In this document: in pieces, positions 1 to 8,528 of the stretch
Layout: every line of letters starts with the position of its first letter
Numbering within the stretch: the first letter of the stretch is position 1
Position numbers and translations under genes: made by a program
NCBI GenBank assembly: GCA_000165345.1
Contig: CM000436.1
Span: 672,001 to 736,000, forward strand
Length of the DNA: 64,000 nucleotides
Reading direction: 5' to 3'
The notes under the pieces: model-generated
What the model saw: only the letters and a program-made list of their open reading frames with translations
Databases searched by the model: none
What the model was told of the DNA's origin: nothing

Positions 1-1326
1 AATATTACATCAACTATTACAGCAAAAAGAAGAAAAGGAGTATTCAGTAAGTGTGTCGAGTTTCATGGCCAAAAAGAAAACTGTGAATCTTCACAAAACT
101 GTTTCTATGATTCAGTCTATGAAATGTGCCTATTTGACTGTACTTTACTAAATAAAAAGGATGCTTGCGAAGAATATTTAGAATGTAGATTTGATTTTGT
201 TGTTCCAAGAAAAGCGTGCGTAAACGATTGTTTCCAAAGTAGGAACTTTGCAAAGCAAGAATTAAATGGGATAATGAGAGGCTGTATGTGGTGCACGCAA
301 GAAGTTATGTGTAATACACTTTCTAGTTTGCAAAGGAAAAAGTTCCCAGATGCATCCCAAAGAGAATTCGACTGTAACTGGCAAATGCAAAATGGTTTAG
401 AAAATAATGATGAAAATGTTGAAAATTCACTCTGTGTCGATAGAAATTTGGGAAGATCAATGACTGATAAGGATTTGATTGCGGCAACATATATTTCGTC
501 CCAAACTAAATTAGTACATGAAGCAGCAGAAAGAATCAAGGTACAAATGGTTAATAGCGGTGAAACTGAAGAGAGTGCAAATTTGCATGTTCAAAACATT
601 AACTTACTTAAAATGAATATTTGTTATCCTCCAAATATTCCTTACTCCCAAGTAAAGCCTGAAAAAAAATACTATTTGAATGATGAAGTTATTGAAGTAG
701 ATTGTGATGATGGATACAAAATTACTGGAGCAAACAATCAACTACGTTGCGAAAATGGCATATTTTCACCAAAAGTATATTGTATTGCTATGAGAGAAAT
801 TGAGAGGCAAAAAAGTTCTATAAGCAAACATTTTAATAAGATCCTTAATTTGTTAATCAACTCAATTACAGGAGGTGGTGAATGGATTAATGTTGGTATT
901 GAAAAGATGAATGAATCTAAAGATCAAGAAAGAGGCGAATTTCCAGATGCTTTAATGGATGAAAGTGAAGAAAAAACTAATGATGAGAATAAAAACACAA
1001 AATCTGAAGAAGATATAGATAAAGCATCTTCCAATGATACTACTACCACTACTAGTACTACTACTTCCACCTCCACTGCTTCTATCAGTGATAAGGATGC
1101 CAAAAGTACTACAAAAGATGAATTAGGTAAAGAATCAGATAATAAAGAAGAAGAGAAAGGAATAAAAGTTAAAGATACAGATCAAGAAGAAAAGAAAAAC
1201 AACGAAACAAACAATGAGAAGGATAGTTTAGAATCATTAGAAGTTTCATCTGAATCTGGTGCAACAGGAAAGAATATTTTATTGGATAGGGTTACAGGAG
1301 CTCCAATTTTAGTGAAAAACAACTAA
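1..1326 (+). CDS. 5'-truncated secreted Cys-rich protein with one Sushi/CCP domain and an acidic Thr/Ser-rich mucin-like C-terminal tail. The reading frame is open from the window edge, so the true start lies upstream of the window.
   Basis: Frame 1 is open from nt 1 through the stop at 1324-1326. The translation has many spaced Cys residues. It contains YPPNIPYSQV...CDDGYKITGANNQLRCENGIFSPKVYC, which matches the CCP/Sushi pattern. Downstream are TTTTTSTTTSTSTAS and a Glu/Lys/Asp-rich tail. Confidence 0.55.
   Translation, partial: NITSTITAKRRKGVFSKCVEFHGQKENCESSQNCFYDSVYEMCLFDCTLLNKKDACEEYLECRFDFVVPRKACVNDCFQSRNFAKQELNGIMRGCMWCTQEVMCNTLSSLQRKKFPDASQREFDCNWQMQNGLENNDENVENSLCVDRNLGRSMTDKDLIAATYISSQTKLVHEAAERIKVQMVNSGETEESANLHVQNINLLKMNICYPPNIPYSQVKPEKKYYLNDEVIEVDCDDGYKITGANNQLRCENGIFSPKVYCIAMREIERQKSSISKHFNKILNLLINSITGGGEWINVGIEKMNESKDQERGEFPDALMDESEEKTNDENKNTKSEEDIDKASSNDTTTTTSTTTSTSTASISDKDAKSTTKDELGKESDNKEEEKGIKVKDTDQEEKKNNETNNEKDSLESLEVSSESGATGKNILLDRVTGAPILVKNN
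1039..1080 (+). repeat. Imperfect (ACT/ACC)n trinucleotide tract encoding the poly-Thr/Ser stretch of the mucin-like tail.
   Basis: Direct reading: tactactaccactactagtactactacttccacctccactgct. Confidence 0.7.
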
Positions 1327-1534
1327 AACTATAATAACTATTATATTTACTAGCACATTAAAATTGACATTTCTGATTAAAGGGTAATTTTCAGCTCTAA
1401 CTAAAAGAGAATAGGTACTTTTTGAACTGAGTTATTAAATAAACATTGGGATTACTAGAAGAACAATAATATATAATACATGAATAAAGAAACAAAATAT
1501 AATTAAAGCTAAGAATAAATATAGATAGGAAAAT

Positions 1535-2332
1535 TCAATTTAAAGCCTCTATTGCAAATTTTTTCTTACCAGCACGGAGTCTACTACCAATATTATCACC
1601 TTCTAGAACTAAAGCAAGCCTTCCTAGAGAATTTGGATCCGAAGATTCAACTCTTTCCCAGGCTTCAGAAAAAGCTGCAGCAAGAATAGCGACCAATGTT
1701 ACTGGTAGTGGATTATGTGGAACTTCTTGCTTTCCAGGTACATTTCTAATTACAAGAAGTAATTCTCCGCGTATTACTTCAAGTAAAGCCCTCCTTGCTG
1801 CTCTTCTAAGATCAACCAGAGAGAGACTTTCAGGTCTTCTTGTAGAGAATTCATCGGGAAGATCATCCAGAAATCCAATCCACATATCTTCTTCTCTTCT
1901 CCAAGTATCAGCAAGTAACACTTCAGTATTTGATTGTGAAAATTCTAAAAGAACCTGAAGCGATGAAATAGGAGTTCCTGACTGGACAGAGAACAACCAT
2001 GGAGCTGTAACACTTTCTTCTCCTGAAAGTAAAAGGCTGAGCTCATTTTTTAATTCTGGAATATTTTTTTCAAATTCATCCTCTTCTGGAAGTTTATATC
2101 CTAAATCTGTTACAATCTTAATTAAACTTTCTAAAGTCCGTTCAATCCTTGAAACTCTGTATTCAAGCCTTAATCTTTCCTTATCTGAAGATTGCAAATG
2201 GTCATTTAATTCTTTAACTATTGAAAGCAGAGGATCAAATTTTGTGACAATAAAACCTTGAATCTCAGGAGAAAAGGACATGGGAGGGAGTCCCGATCCA
2301 CTTAGTTTTGTCGACGATGAATTACCATCCAT
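1535..2332 (-). CDS. Hypothetical conserved-looking alpha-helical protein of about 265 aa. Its codon composition is distinctly GC-richer than its neighbours.
   Basis: Long minus-strand ORF. The track start at 2359 is a TTG. The first in-frame ATG is at 2332-2330, giving MDGNSSSTKLSG... I could not recognise a family. The local GC content of this ORF is visibly higher than that of the flanks. Confidence 0.45.
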   Translation of the reverse strand: MDGNSSSTKLSGSGLPPMSFSPEIQGFIVTKFDPLLSIVKELNDHLQSSDKERLRLEYRVSRIERTLESLIKIVTDLGYKLPEEDEFEKNIPELKNELSLLLSGEESVTAPWLFSVQSGTPISSLQVLLEFSQSNTEVLLADTWRREEDMWIGFLDDLPDEFSTRRPESLSLVDLRRAARRALLEVIRGELLLVIRNVPGKQEVPHNPLPVTLVAILAAAFSEAWERVESSDPNSLGRLALVLEGDNIGSRLRAGKKKFAIEALN

Positions 2333-2610
2333 ACTTTTAAATTTGTTGAGATAAGTCAAAGTATTATGATTATTGTTCTAATATTTTTTTTTTATTTTAG
2401 ATCCACTTAATATAAACTAACTGGAATTATTTTATGTTGGGACAAGTTGATAACCTTTTAGATTATAAATAGTATATGCAGCCGGGAATGGCTCGCCCTA
2501 AATAATTAATCTTTTATTTGTTAAATTAGCTTTTCTTGTATTTATACTATATTAGTCTTTAATTTTTTCCTATTATTTAAATTCTAATGGTCCAAGATCA
2601 TCAAAAATGC

Positions 2611-2662
2611 ATGAGAGCGCGTATTATAGGCGCCGTAGCCGTTTATGAGTAGATGGCGCCAA
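2611..2662. promoter_or_regulatory. GC-rich island with two E2F-like GGCGCC cores (2629-2634 and 2655-2660, the latter as TGGCGCCAA), in a divergent intergenic region.
   Basis: The sequence is ...agagcgcgtattataGGCGCCgtagccgtttatgagtagatGGCGCCaacgg. It sits between the start of the minus-strand gene ending at 2332 and the plus-strand gene starting at 2741/2941. GGCGCC-containing E2F-like elements are known to be over-represented in Cryptosporidium upstream regions. Confidence 0.4.
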
Positions 2663-2740
2663 CGGTACTAGCTGAAAGAGTAAGTATATATTTTAAAATG
2701 AAAGGAAAGGAAAAGGGTTCGTAAGAATGAATGATTGGAG

Positions 2741-2878
2741 ATGATCGATCCATTGGGAATCGGGAAAATAATCAATGATAAGTTTGCTCAAATTGGGGAA
2801 AATGTGTTAGGAACAGTTATTGATCAAATTGTGGACAATTCAAGTGCTCACTTAAGCAGTTTGAATGATTTCCAGTCG
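2741..2878 (+). CDS. Putative 5' exon (46 codons) of the large membrane-protein gene. It joins the main ORF in frame through a 53-nt intron at 2879-2931.
   Basis: ATG at 2741. A GTAAGT donor lies at 2879, immediately after a complete codon (...FQS). A ttatacTTAG acceptor ends at 2931. Exon 2 begins at 2932 (tcc tca att ATG aag...) in the same frame as ORF 2941..6894. The ORF track shows this exon as the separate 2735..2944 ORF. Confidence 0.35.
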
Positions 2879-2940
2879 GTAAGTTTGTGTGCGATTCATC
2901 GAAATAGCAAAATTTATTATTTTATACTTAGTCCTCAATT

Positions 2941-5900
2941 ATGAAGCTTGTACGTAAAGTTGCAGGGTCAAAGTTTTTAAACAAACAGCCAATAGTTGAA
3001 GTTGAGCCAAATATTTATGCAGTAAGGGACGAACAATCGGGTATATATAAATCTGTTCGTGACTCTAGGAGTTTGGGAGTTCTGACAGTCTCTATTGAGA
3101 GAGCAATTATCTCACCTATGGGATTTGATCGTAATATTCGGAATTTTATTACTAAAGAAAATGCAGAATGGGTTTTTGAATTGGCTTTGCAAGGCCAAAT
3201 GCTTGTAAGCCAACCTGTAAGCACTAAAGACTTTATATTGGAGATTCCAGTTAATAGTCCTATGCTTTTGTCCCCAACTAAGAGCTATGGGAATACTTCT
3301 TTAGCTTTTCTGGATGAGAAGCATGAATCAAGGCCAAGTTTTGGAGTTGAAAGTAGGAACTCAAGCGCAGAGAGAGAAAAGGAAAAGGTTTCTGGAGTAG
3401 GTGCCAGAGAGGTTTTCTTTAATTTCAAAGAATCTTTCCAAGTCACTGATATCTCTTCTGATATGAATTTGGATCTGATTTGTAGAGTTCCAATACAATG
3501 TAAACTTACAATAAATCAAAAATTTAACGAAGAAATTGTGGATGAAGATTGCTACTACTCTAAAAACTCTGGATCTATTTTTGTGAATGAATGTGATGAG
3601 GATTCTTCTCTTGTATCAGAAAACATTACTTCTACTAGCTCAGCCAATGCAGATTCTATTTCAAATTTGGGTTCCAACCCTCCAACAAATTTAAACCATT
3701 CTGTTAGTTTACGAATTAACCAAGAACAGAACAATTCATCTGGGACATCTTTTAAGCAGTATAAGATTATTAGAATTGAAAGAAATAAGCCAAACTGTAA
3801 AGAAATATTTGATAAACCGGATGGCGACAATCGCCCTTCTTCTCAGGAAATCCCCTCTCAAGATCAAGAATGGGAAGTCTTATATGAATGTATCCATTTC
3901 GGAAAGGTTACTATTCCAATTTCCTCTGTTTTTCAAGACAAACTTGCCGAACTACCCGTCTTGGACTATTCATTCTACAAAAATTCAACGTTTTATAAGG
4001 CAAATGAGAATCTAGTTTCTGTGTTTTGGAAATCAAGAAACACCAATTGTACTCAAGGCCATGAGAGTAATCTTTTGAAAAGCAATACTGTGGAAGAATG
4101 GACTTTGATTCATGGCAAAAAGGCGGACTCCTGTGATTCAATTGTTGTTAATAGGCCAAATGATTCAAACTTAAAAGATAGCCGAGCATTTCTAAAAGAT
4201 ATAGATCATGAAAGAGAGCCAAAATTAAGGTCCAGATTCAAAAGTGAGAGTAGAATGCATGATGGTTTAATCTCTTCTGGGAATGAAAAAAATGAAAGCA
4301 ATTTTTGTGAATATCAAAATAGAGTTTATAGTGATGAAAGCTCTCAATTTGAGGTCGGATCGAATTTCAAGCATTTAAATTGGTACCATTTATACCCAAG
4401 AACTAGTGAAATGGTTAAATATGTCAGGCCAGTGCCAGGAATCACAGAATACGGGCTTTCAAATCCAATAAAAACTTTAGGATTTATTCAGATCGGACTA
4501 AATTTTGAGACAGAGTGCTGTTCTAAGATTAGCCTTTTAACTAGCTCCTATTTGAGTATGGTAACTGAGAAGCCTATCACAAGGTGGATCCTTCCTTCAG
4601 GGTTTGAGCCACAGTATTTTCAGATGTATGCTGAAAGTTTAAAAATGTTACTAGAGCATTATCCGAGATGGATACCCAAATTCTTCTTCTTACTGAACTT
4701 CAGAATTCCGAGATCTAGGTTTGATAGGGTAATGATTTCCTTATTTTGGGCAATAATTACGTTTGGAGCTTTCAAGGCTAACAGTTTTTTCTTTTTTTCA
4801 TGGATTTTTATGGTTATCCTCCCATTATTAATCTCTTTAACATATAGATTTGGGTCGCAGATTGCTTCTAGAATCCATCAAGACTTCCTTACCAGAATTA
4901 ATATTGAAGAACAAAAGAGAAAGAGTATAACAAGTGCTCTCTCGCAAAAAGGTAATGCTAATATTAAACAGAAAAGTAATATTAGTCAAAATAATAAGAC
5001 GATGAATCTGATAAACTCTACATCTGGAAATATCTGGAAGATGTTCCAGCCTATACTAAATATTAAATATCACTCATCATTAATGATAGGCGATGGAGAC
5101 TTTATTGAGGAGAATATAGATGTAAAACCATTAAATAATGGCACAGGAAAAGAAAAGAAGGATTCTTCCTTTACCAAAATTGTGGATGAAATCTGTGAAA
5201 AGGACTTTTCTAATCTCATTCCCAAAGAAGTATACTTTGGTGATAAAGTAACAAGCAGAGAATACTGTACACAATACGATCTATCCAATGGGGACGGATA
5301 TATATGTTTGGCTAGAACATTAAATAACTCATTGTTAGGGAATAAGGAGAAAGGTAGAGAGGAAGAACTGAGAAGATTGAATTTATCGAACAATGATGCA
5401 TCAAATTTATCTCCACAGTTTGAAAAGCAAAAGTGGGAAAGAGCCCAAGAACATAAAGAAGATTTGAAAACAGAAAAATCAATGGAAGACAAAAATGATG
5501 AGGCAAGGTTTCGACAAAACCTACAAGGAAGTGGAGGAATTGTAGAGACCCCATTTGGAGAGCTAAGATTGGGTCTCAAAATTCCTTATGATAATAAGGT
5601 TGTATCTATTTTCTTTGATGATCAAGATTTGGAGCCTATTCAAACTCAGCTTTCTAACCTATTGGCAATAGTAGAACTTGTTCAGCAATCATTTGCAAGC
5701 TTTTCTACGCTTCTGATGAAGCTTAAGAACTCCCTTAATTTCGAGGATCCTCTACTTCCTTTTTTAACTTTGTCAATTCTTGTTATTCTTACTATTATAC
5801 TGAATCTGGGTCTCTATTTATTTAATCTTATCATGGGGAACCAGAAAATGGCATTCTTATTAAGAGGATTTCTTCTTATTAAGTTTATTCGTTGGGTTAT

Positions 5901-6894
5901 AATGAAGGATCCATTCAATAACGTTCAACTGGAGATATTCAATAAGAAACAAAGAATCGATCCAGACATTTTTGGTCAAAATCGTATTATTAAACCTCTT
6001 TTTAACAGATACTTCAAGCTAATAAGTTCTGAAGACCAAAACATGCTAATTCTTTTAAGCAGTTTGGAAATATACGACTACTACCCAGATAGATTTGTAC
6101 ATAGACAAGGAAATCTATGTAAGCCTGATGACTTAACAGAAAGAAACAAAGAGAAAAGACGAGGAGTTACTGAACCCATCCGAATTTTATCCATTAATAT
6201 GGAAGAGTATTTATTTTTCTACGTAGTAAAGTTTACATGTATCTATGTGCTCTTACTGGGTTCCTTCATTAATACTCTACAGTACATTTTTACTAGTAAA
6301 TTTTCGGCCACCTTTGCGAGGATATTACTTCTTTGGTGGTATTCTATTCCAGATATTAGAGAAATTCAGCATCGTTGCATCGCATCTACCCAGCTGATAG
6401 GAAATCTTGATGATTTACTCAACGATAATGAAGAAAATCCAATACACTTTAAAGTCATAAACGGAAATAGTTACGGTATTGGAGAGAACAAAAAGGCCGA
6501 AGAAAGCAGACCTGAGGCTTCTGGAACCAAAGCAGATCTCTTTTTGAAACAATTCTATTTTGGAAAGAATTCTAATTATATCAAAAAGAGCACTATCACT
6601 ACAAGTTCGATGAGCCAAGGAGAACAACTGGATCAAGAATCTAGTGCACTGAGTAGATCATTGGGAAGCTTACCTAGTAAAAGCAAATATTCTGAAACAG
6701 GTACACCATCAGCAACCTCTAGCAAAAAAAGCCTAATTGAATATATACTCCCAATTAACAAAGAGCAAAATTCAAATGTGAGGCAGGAATCTGATTCAAA
6801 GAGTGAGAAGAACAACACGCAATCTAGCTATGAGGTACTTGAGAGCTTGTTAGAAGGAATCTACCCAATTAATAAGTCTAAAAAACAAGATTAA
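2941..6894 (+). CDS. Large (at least 1317 aa) multi-pass membrane protein of unknown family. It has hydrophobic clusters in the middle and C-terminal third and low-complexity Ser/Asn-rich segments.
   Basis: Uninterrupted 3.95-kb ORF. There are clear TM-like segments (FFFLLNFRIP...WIFMVILPLLISLTY, LPFLTLSILVILTIILNLGLYLFNLIMG, FFYVVKFTCIYVLLLGSFINT). I did not recognise any catalytic motif. Confidence 0.65.
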   Translation: MKLVRKVAGSKFLNKQPIVEVEPNIYAVRDEQSGIYKSVRDSRSLGVLTVSIERAIISPMGFDRNIRNFITKENAEWVFELALQGQMLVSQPVSTKDFILEIPVNSPMLLSPTKSYGNTSLAFLDEKHESRPSFGVESRNSSAEREKEKVSGVGAREVFFNFKESFQVTDISSDMNLDLICRVPIQCKLTINQKFNEEIVDEDCYYSKNSGSIFVNECDEDSSLVSENITSTSSANADSISNLGSNPPTNLNHSVSLRINQEQNNSSGTSFKQYKIIRIERNKPNCKEIFDKPDGDNRPSSQEIPSQDQEWEVLYECIHFGKVTIPISSVFQDKLAELPVLDYSFYKNSTFYKANENLVSVFWKSRNTNCTQGHESNLLKSNTVEEWTLIHGKKADSCDSIVVNRPNDSNLKDSRAFLKDIDHEREPKLRSRFKSESRMHDGLISSGNEKNESNFCEYQNRVYSDESSQFEVGSNFKHLNWYHLYPRTSEMVKYVRPVPGITEYGLSNPIKTLGFIQIGLNFETECCSKISLLTSSYLSMVTEKPITRWILPSGFEPQYFQMYAESLKMLLEHYPRWIPKFFFLLNFRIPRSRFDRVMISLFWAIITFGAFKANSFFFFSWIFMVILPLLISLTYRFGSQIASRIHQDFLTRINIEEQKRKSITSALSQKGNANIKQKSNISQNNKTMNLINSTSGNIWKMFQPILNIKYHSSLMIGDGDFIEENIDVKPLNNGTGKEKKDSSFTKIVDEICEKDFSNLIPKEVYFGDKVTSREYCTQYDLSNGDGYICLARTLNNSLLGNKEKGREEELRRLNLSNNDASNLSPQFEKQKWERAQEHKEDLKTEKSMEDKNDEARFRQNLQGSGGIVETPFGELRLGLKIPYDNKVVSIFFDDQDLEPIQTQLSNLLAIVELVQQSFASFSTLLMKLKNSLNFEDPLLPFLTLSILVILTIILNLGLYLFNLIMGNQKMAFLLRGFLLIKFIRWVIMKDPFNNVQLEIFNKKQRIDPDIFGQNRIIKPLFNRYFKLISSEDQNMLILLSSLEIYDYYPDRFVHRQGNLCKPDDLTERNKEKRRGVTEPIRILSINMEEYLFFYVVKFTCIYVLLLGSFINTLQYIFTSKFSATFARILLLWWYSIPDIREIQHRCIASTQLIGNLDDLLNDNEENPIHFKVINGNSYGIGENKKAEESRPEASGTKADLFLKQFYFGKNSNYIKKSTITTSSMSQGEQLDQESSALSRSLGSLPSKSKYSETGTPSATSSKKSLIEYILPINKEQNSNVRQESDSKSEKNNTQSSYEVLESLLEGIYPINKSKKQD

Positions 6895-7162
6895 AAGGAT
6901 TAAATATTAATAAAGATGTTTAAAATTTCTTACTATATAAATTACGCATAACTGCTAAGTTCCAATAGATTAATTATTTGGAATTAAACTAAATATTTAA
7001 TTTTAACAATCGTTTGAATTGTAAAATTTCCTTTCAGTGAACATTTCTGTATAGAAGTAATAATGAGCTCGACCAATTCATAATCAGTGCAAATGAAGGA
7101 AATATTGTTATGAATTTAACTAAAGAAACGGATATTCAGTTAAATAAAATTTGTCTATACTG

Positions 7163-7423
7163 CTAATCATTACAAATTTTTTGATTATATGCCAAATTAG
7201 AAGAGAAAATTGACTTTGAAATCCACCTCCAGTAAATAAAGTAACAAAATACAATTATTAGAGCCATAAAAAGACCTGAAAAATACCATTTCTGCTTTTC
7301 TTCTTCATATGCTAAAAGGAAAAGCAAAGATATATAGATTACACAAGTTATTATGTAAGCCACTGCCACCCAAAATTTACTATATACTGGAATAGTTCCT
7401 TTAAGTTTGAATTGTGAACTCAT
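7163..7423 (-). CDS. Small (86 aa) two-TM membrane protein. It is hypothetical.
   Basis: The first ATG is at 7423; the track start at 7441 is TTG. Two hydrophobic helices (WVAVAYIITCVIYISLLFLLAY and FSGLFMALIIVFCYFIYWRWI) are separated by a short charged loop. It lies alone in a 1.6-kb AT-rich intergenic stretch. Confidence 0.3.
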   Translation of the reverse strand: MSSQFKLKGTIPVYSKFWVAVAYIITCVIYISLLFLLAYEEEKQKWYFSGLFMALIIVFCYFIYWRWISKSIFSSNLAYNQKICND

Positions 7424-8210
7424 AACGTTATAATTCTTCAAATTTTACGCAAAGAAAGGTTATTTGGGGCCCTTAATAGTGGAATAGTATGCTTGTAACT
7501 ATTTTCGTGTAACAAACTTCGGTAATGTAATAAATGGAGTAACCAAATTTAGTTTAGAAACCATTCAACTCTGATGATGGAATAATCTTTTAGACGTTAC
7601 AGGCTCCTTAACTATAAATTTGTATTAAAAAAAATGAAATAATGTCGAAGTATGATAGATGATTATCTCTAGCCTTGAATTGTTAATTTTTGTTAAAATT
7701 GATTACCTGCTGAAGTTAAATATTTTATTTAAAGTTACTATTCTTTCTGAAAATTTTCTATCCAATAAACTATTTCGCTTACACTCGTTTCAAATAAGCC
7801 AGCGATTTAGATTAAAAAATATATATTCATTAGATATAATTACTTAAGTTTTACAGTAAGTACTCTTAATCTTGTAAGCTTTAATCTCAAATGTAGTTCT
7901 CTTCAAATTTCTATATTAAAGAATAAATTTGCATTTAAATATAGAATAAAAATATATTTATATTTGTTAAAGAAATGTGTGTTCATATATGCAATATTCT
8001 TTTGAAAAAATTGTGCATTTACAACTGGATAAGCTATTTCGATTTAGAAAAGGAAATGCAATTCAATTAATTCAAACGAAAATATGGATCTAAAATTGCA
8101 ACTTATCAGATATAAACTTTACACAGTTGTAACATATACCACCACAATATACTAGTTGCTTTCACTAACAAATTACCAACCACCTTTTCTTTGAAAATAT
8201 TTTATACTTA

Positions 8211-8235
8211 ATTGGCGGGATGAACTGGCGGTACT
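8211..8235. promoter_or_regulatory. Canonical E2F-like element TTGGCGGGA followed by a second TGGCGG, about 300 bp upstream of the HRD1 start.
   Basis: The sequence is aaTTGGCGGGAtgaacTGGCGGtac. It is otherwise embedded in very AT-rich DNA. Confidence 0.35.
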
Positions 8236-8528
8236 TTTAATGAATATTTGGATAAAAAGAGTTGAGAGTATTTAGGTTAAAATAAGGCAGTAAGAACAAG
8301 GCTTATCTGATTTTTTTAAAAAAATATTGATATACTAATAAGATTAGACTACGCTTTGGCTGAATTACAGATTAGCCAAAACTCATCAGTTGTGTAATCG
8401 TATTAATTTAAAATAAAGCTGGATCATGAAAAGGCATTGTTAAGGTCTGTATGAAGTTCTTGCTATAAAGATACTATATTTTTAGGAAAGAACACGAATA
8501 GAACATTGAGAGTACGAAAAGAGTGAAA

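Noticed and set aside
2440-2700. GC-rich patch considered as a possible tRNA or small structured RNA.
   Set aside because: It has no cloverleaf-compatible complementarity and no A/B box (GTTCGAnTC). It is better explained as a promoter GC island with E2F-like sites.
7571-7715. Possible box C/D snoRNA: UGAUGA at 7573-7578, and CUGA at 7710-7713.
   Set aside because: The C and D boxes are about 137 nt apart. There is no terminal stem and no C'/D' boxes. This is too weak to call.
8523-8528. ORF-track start codons at 8523, 2359, 11753, 14847, 34309, 36594, 38613, 42406, 54223, 54488 and 57873.
   Set aside because: These are GTG or TTG codons printed as M by the ORF caller. For a eukaryotic nuclear gene I used the first in-frame ATG instead. 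Upstream exons remain possible.
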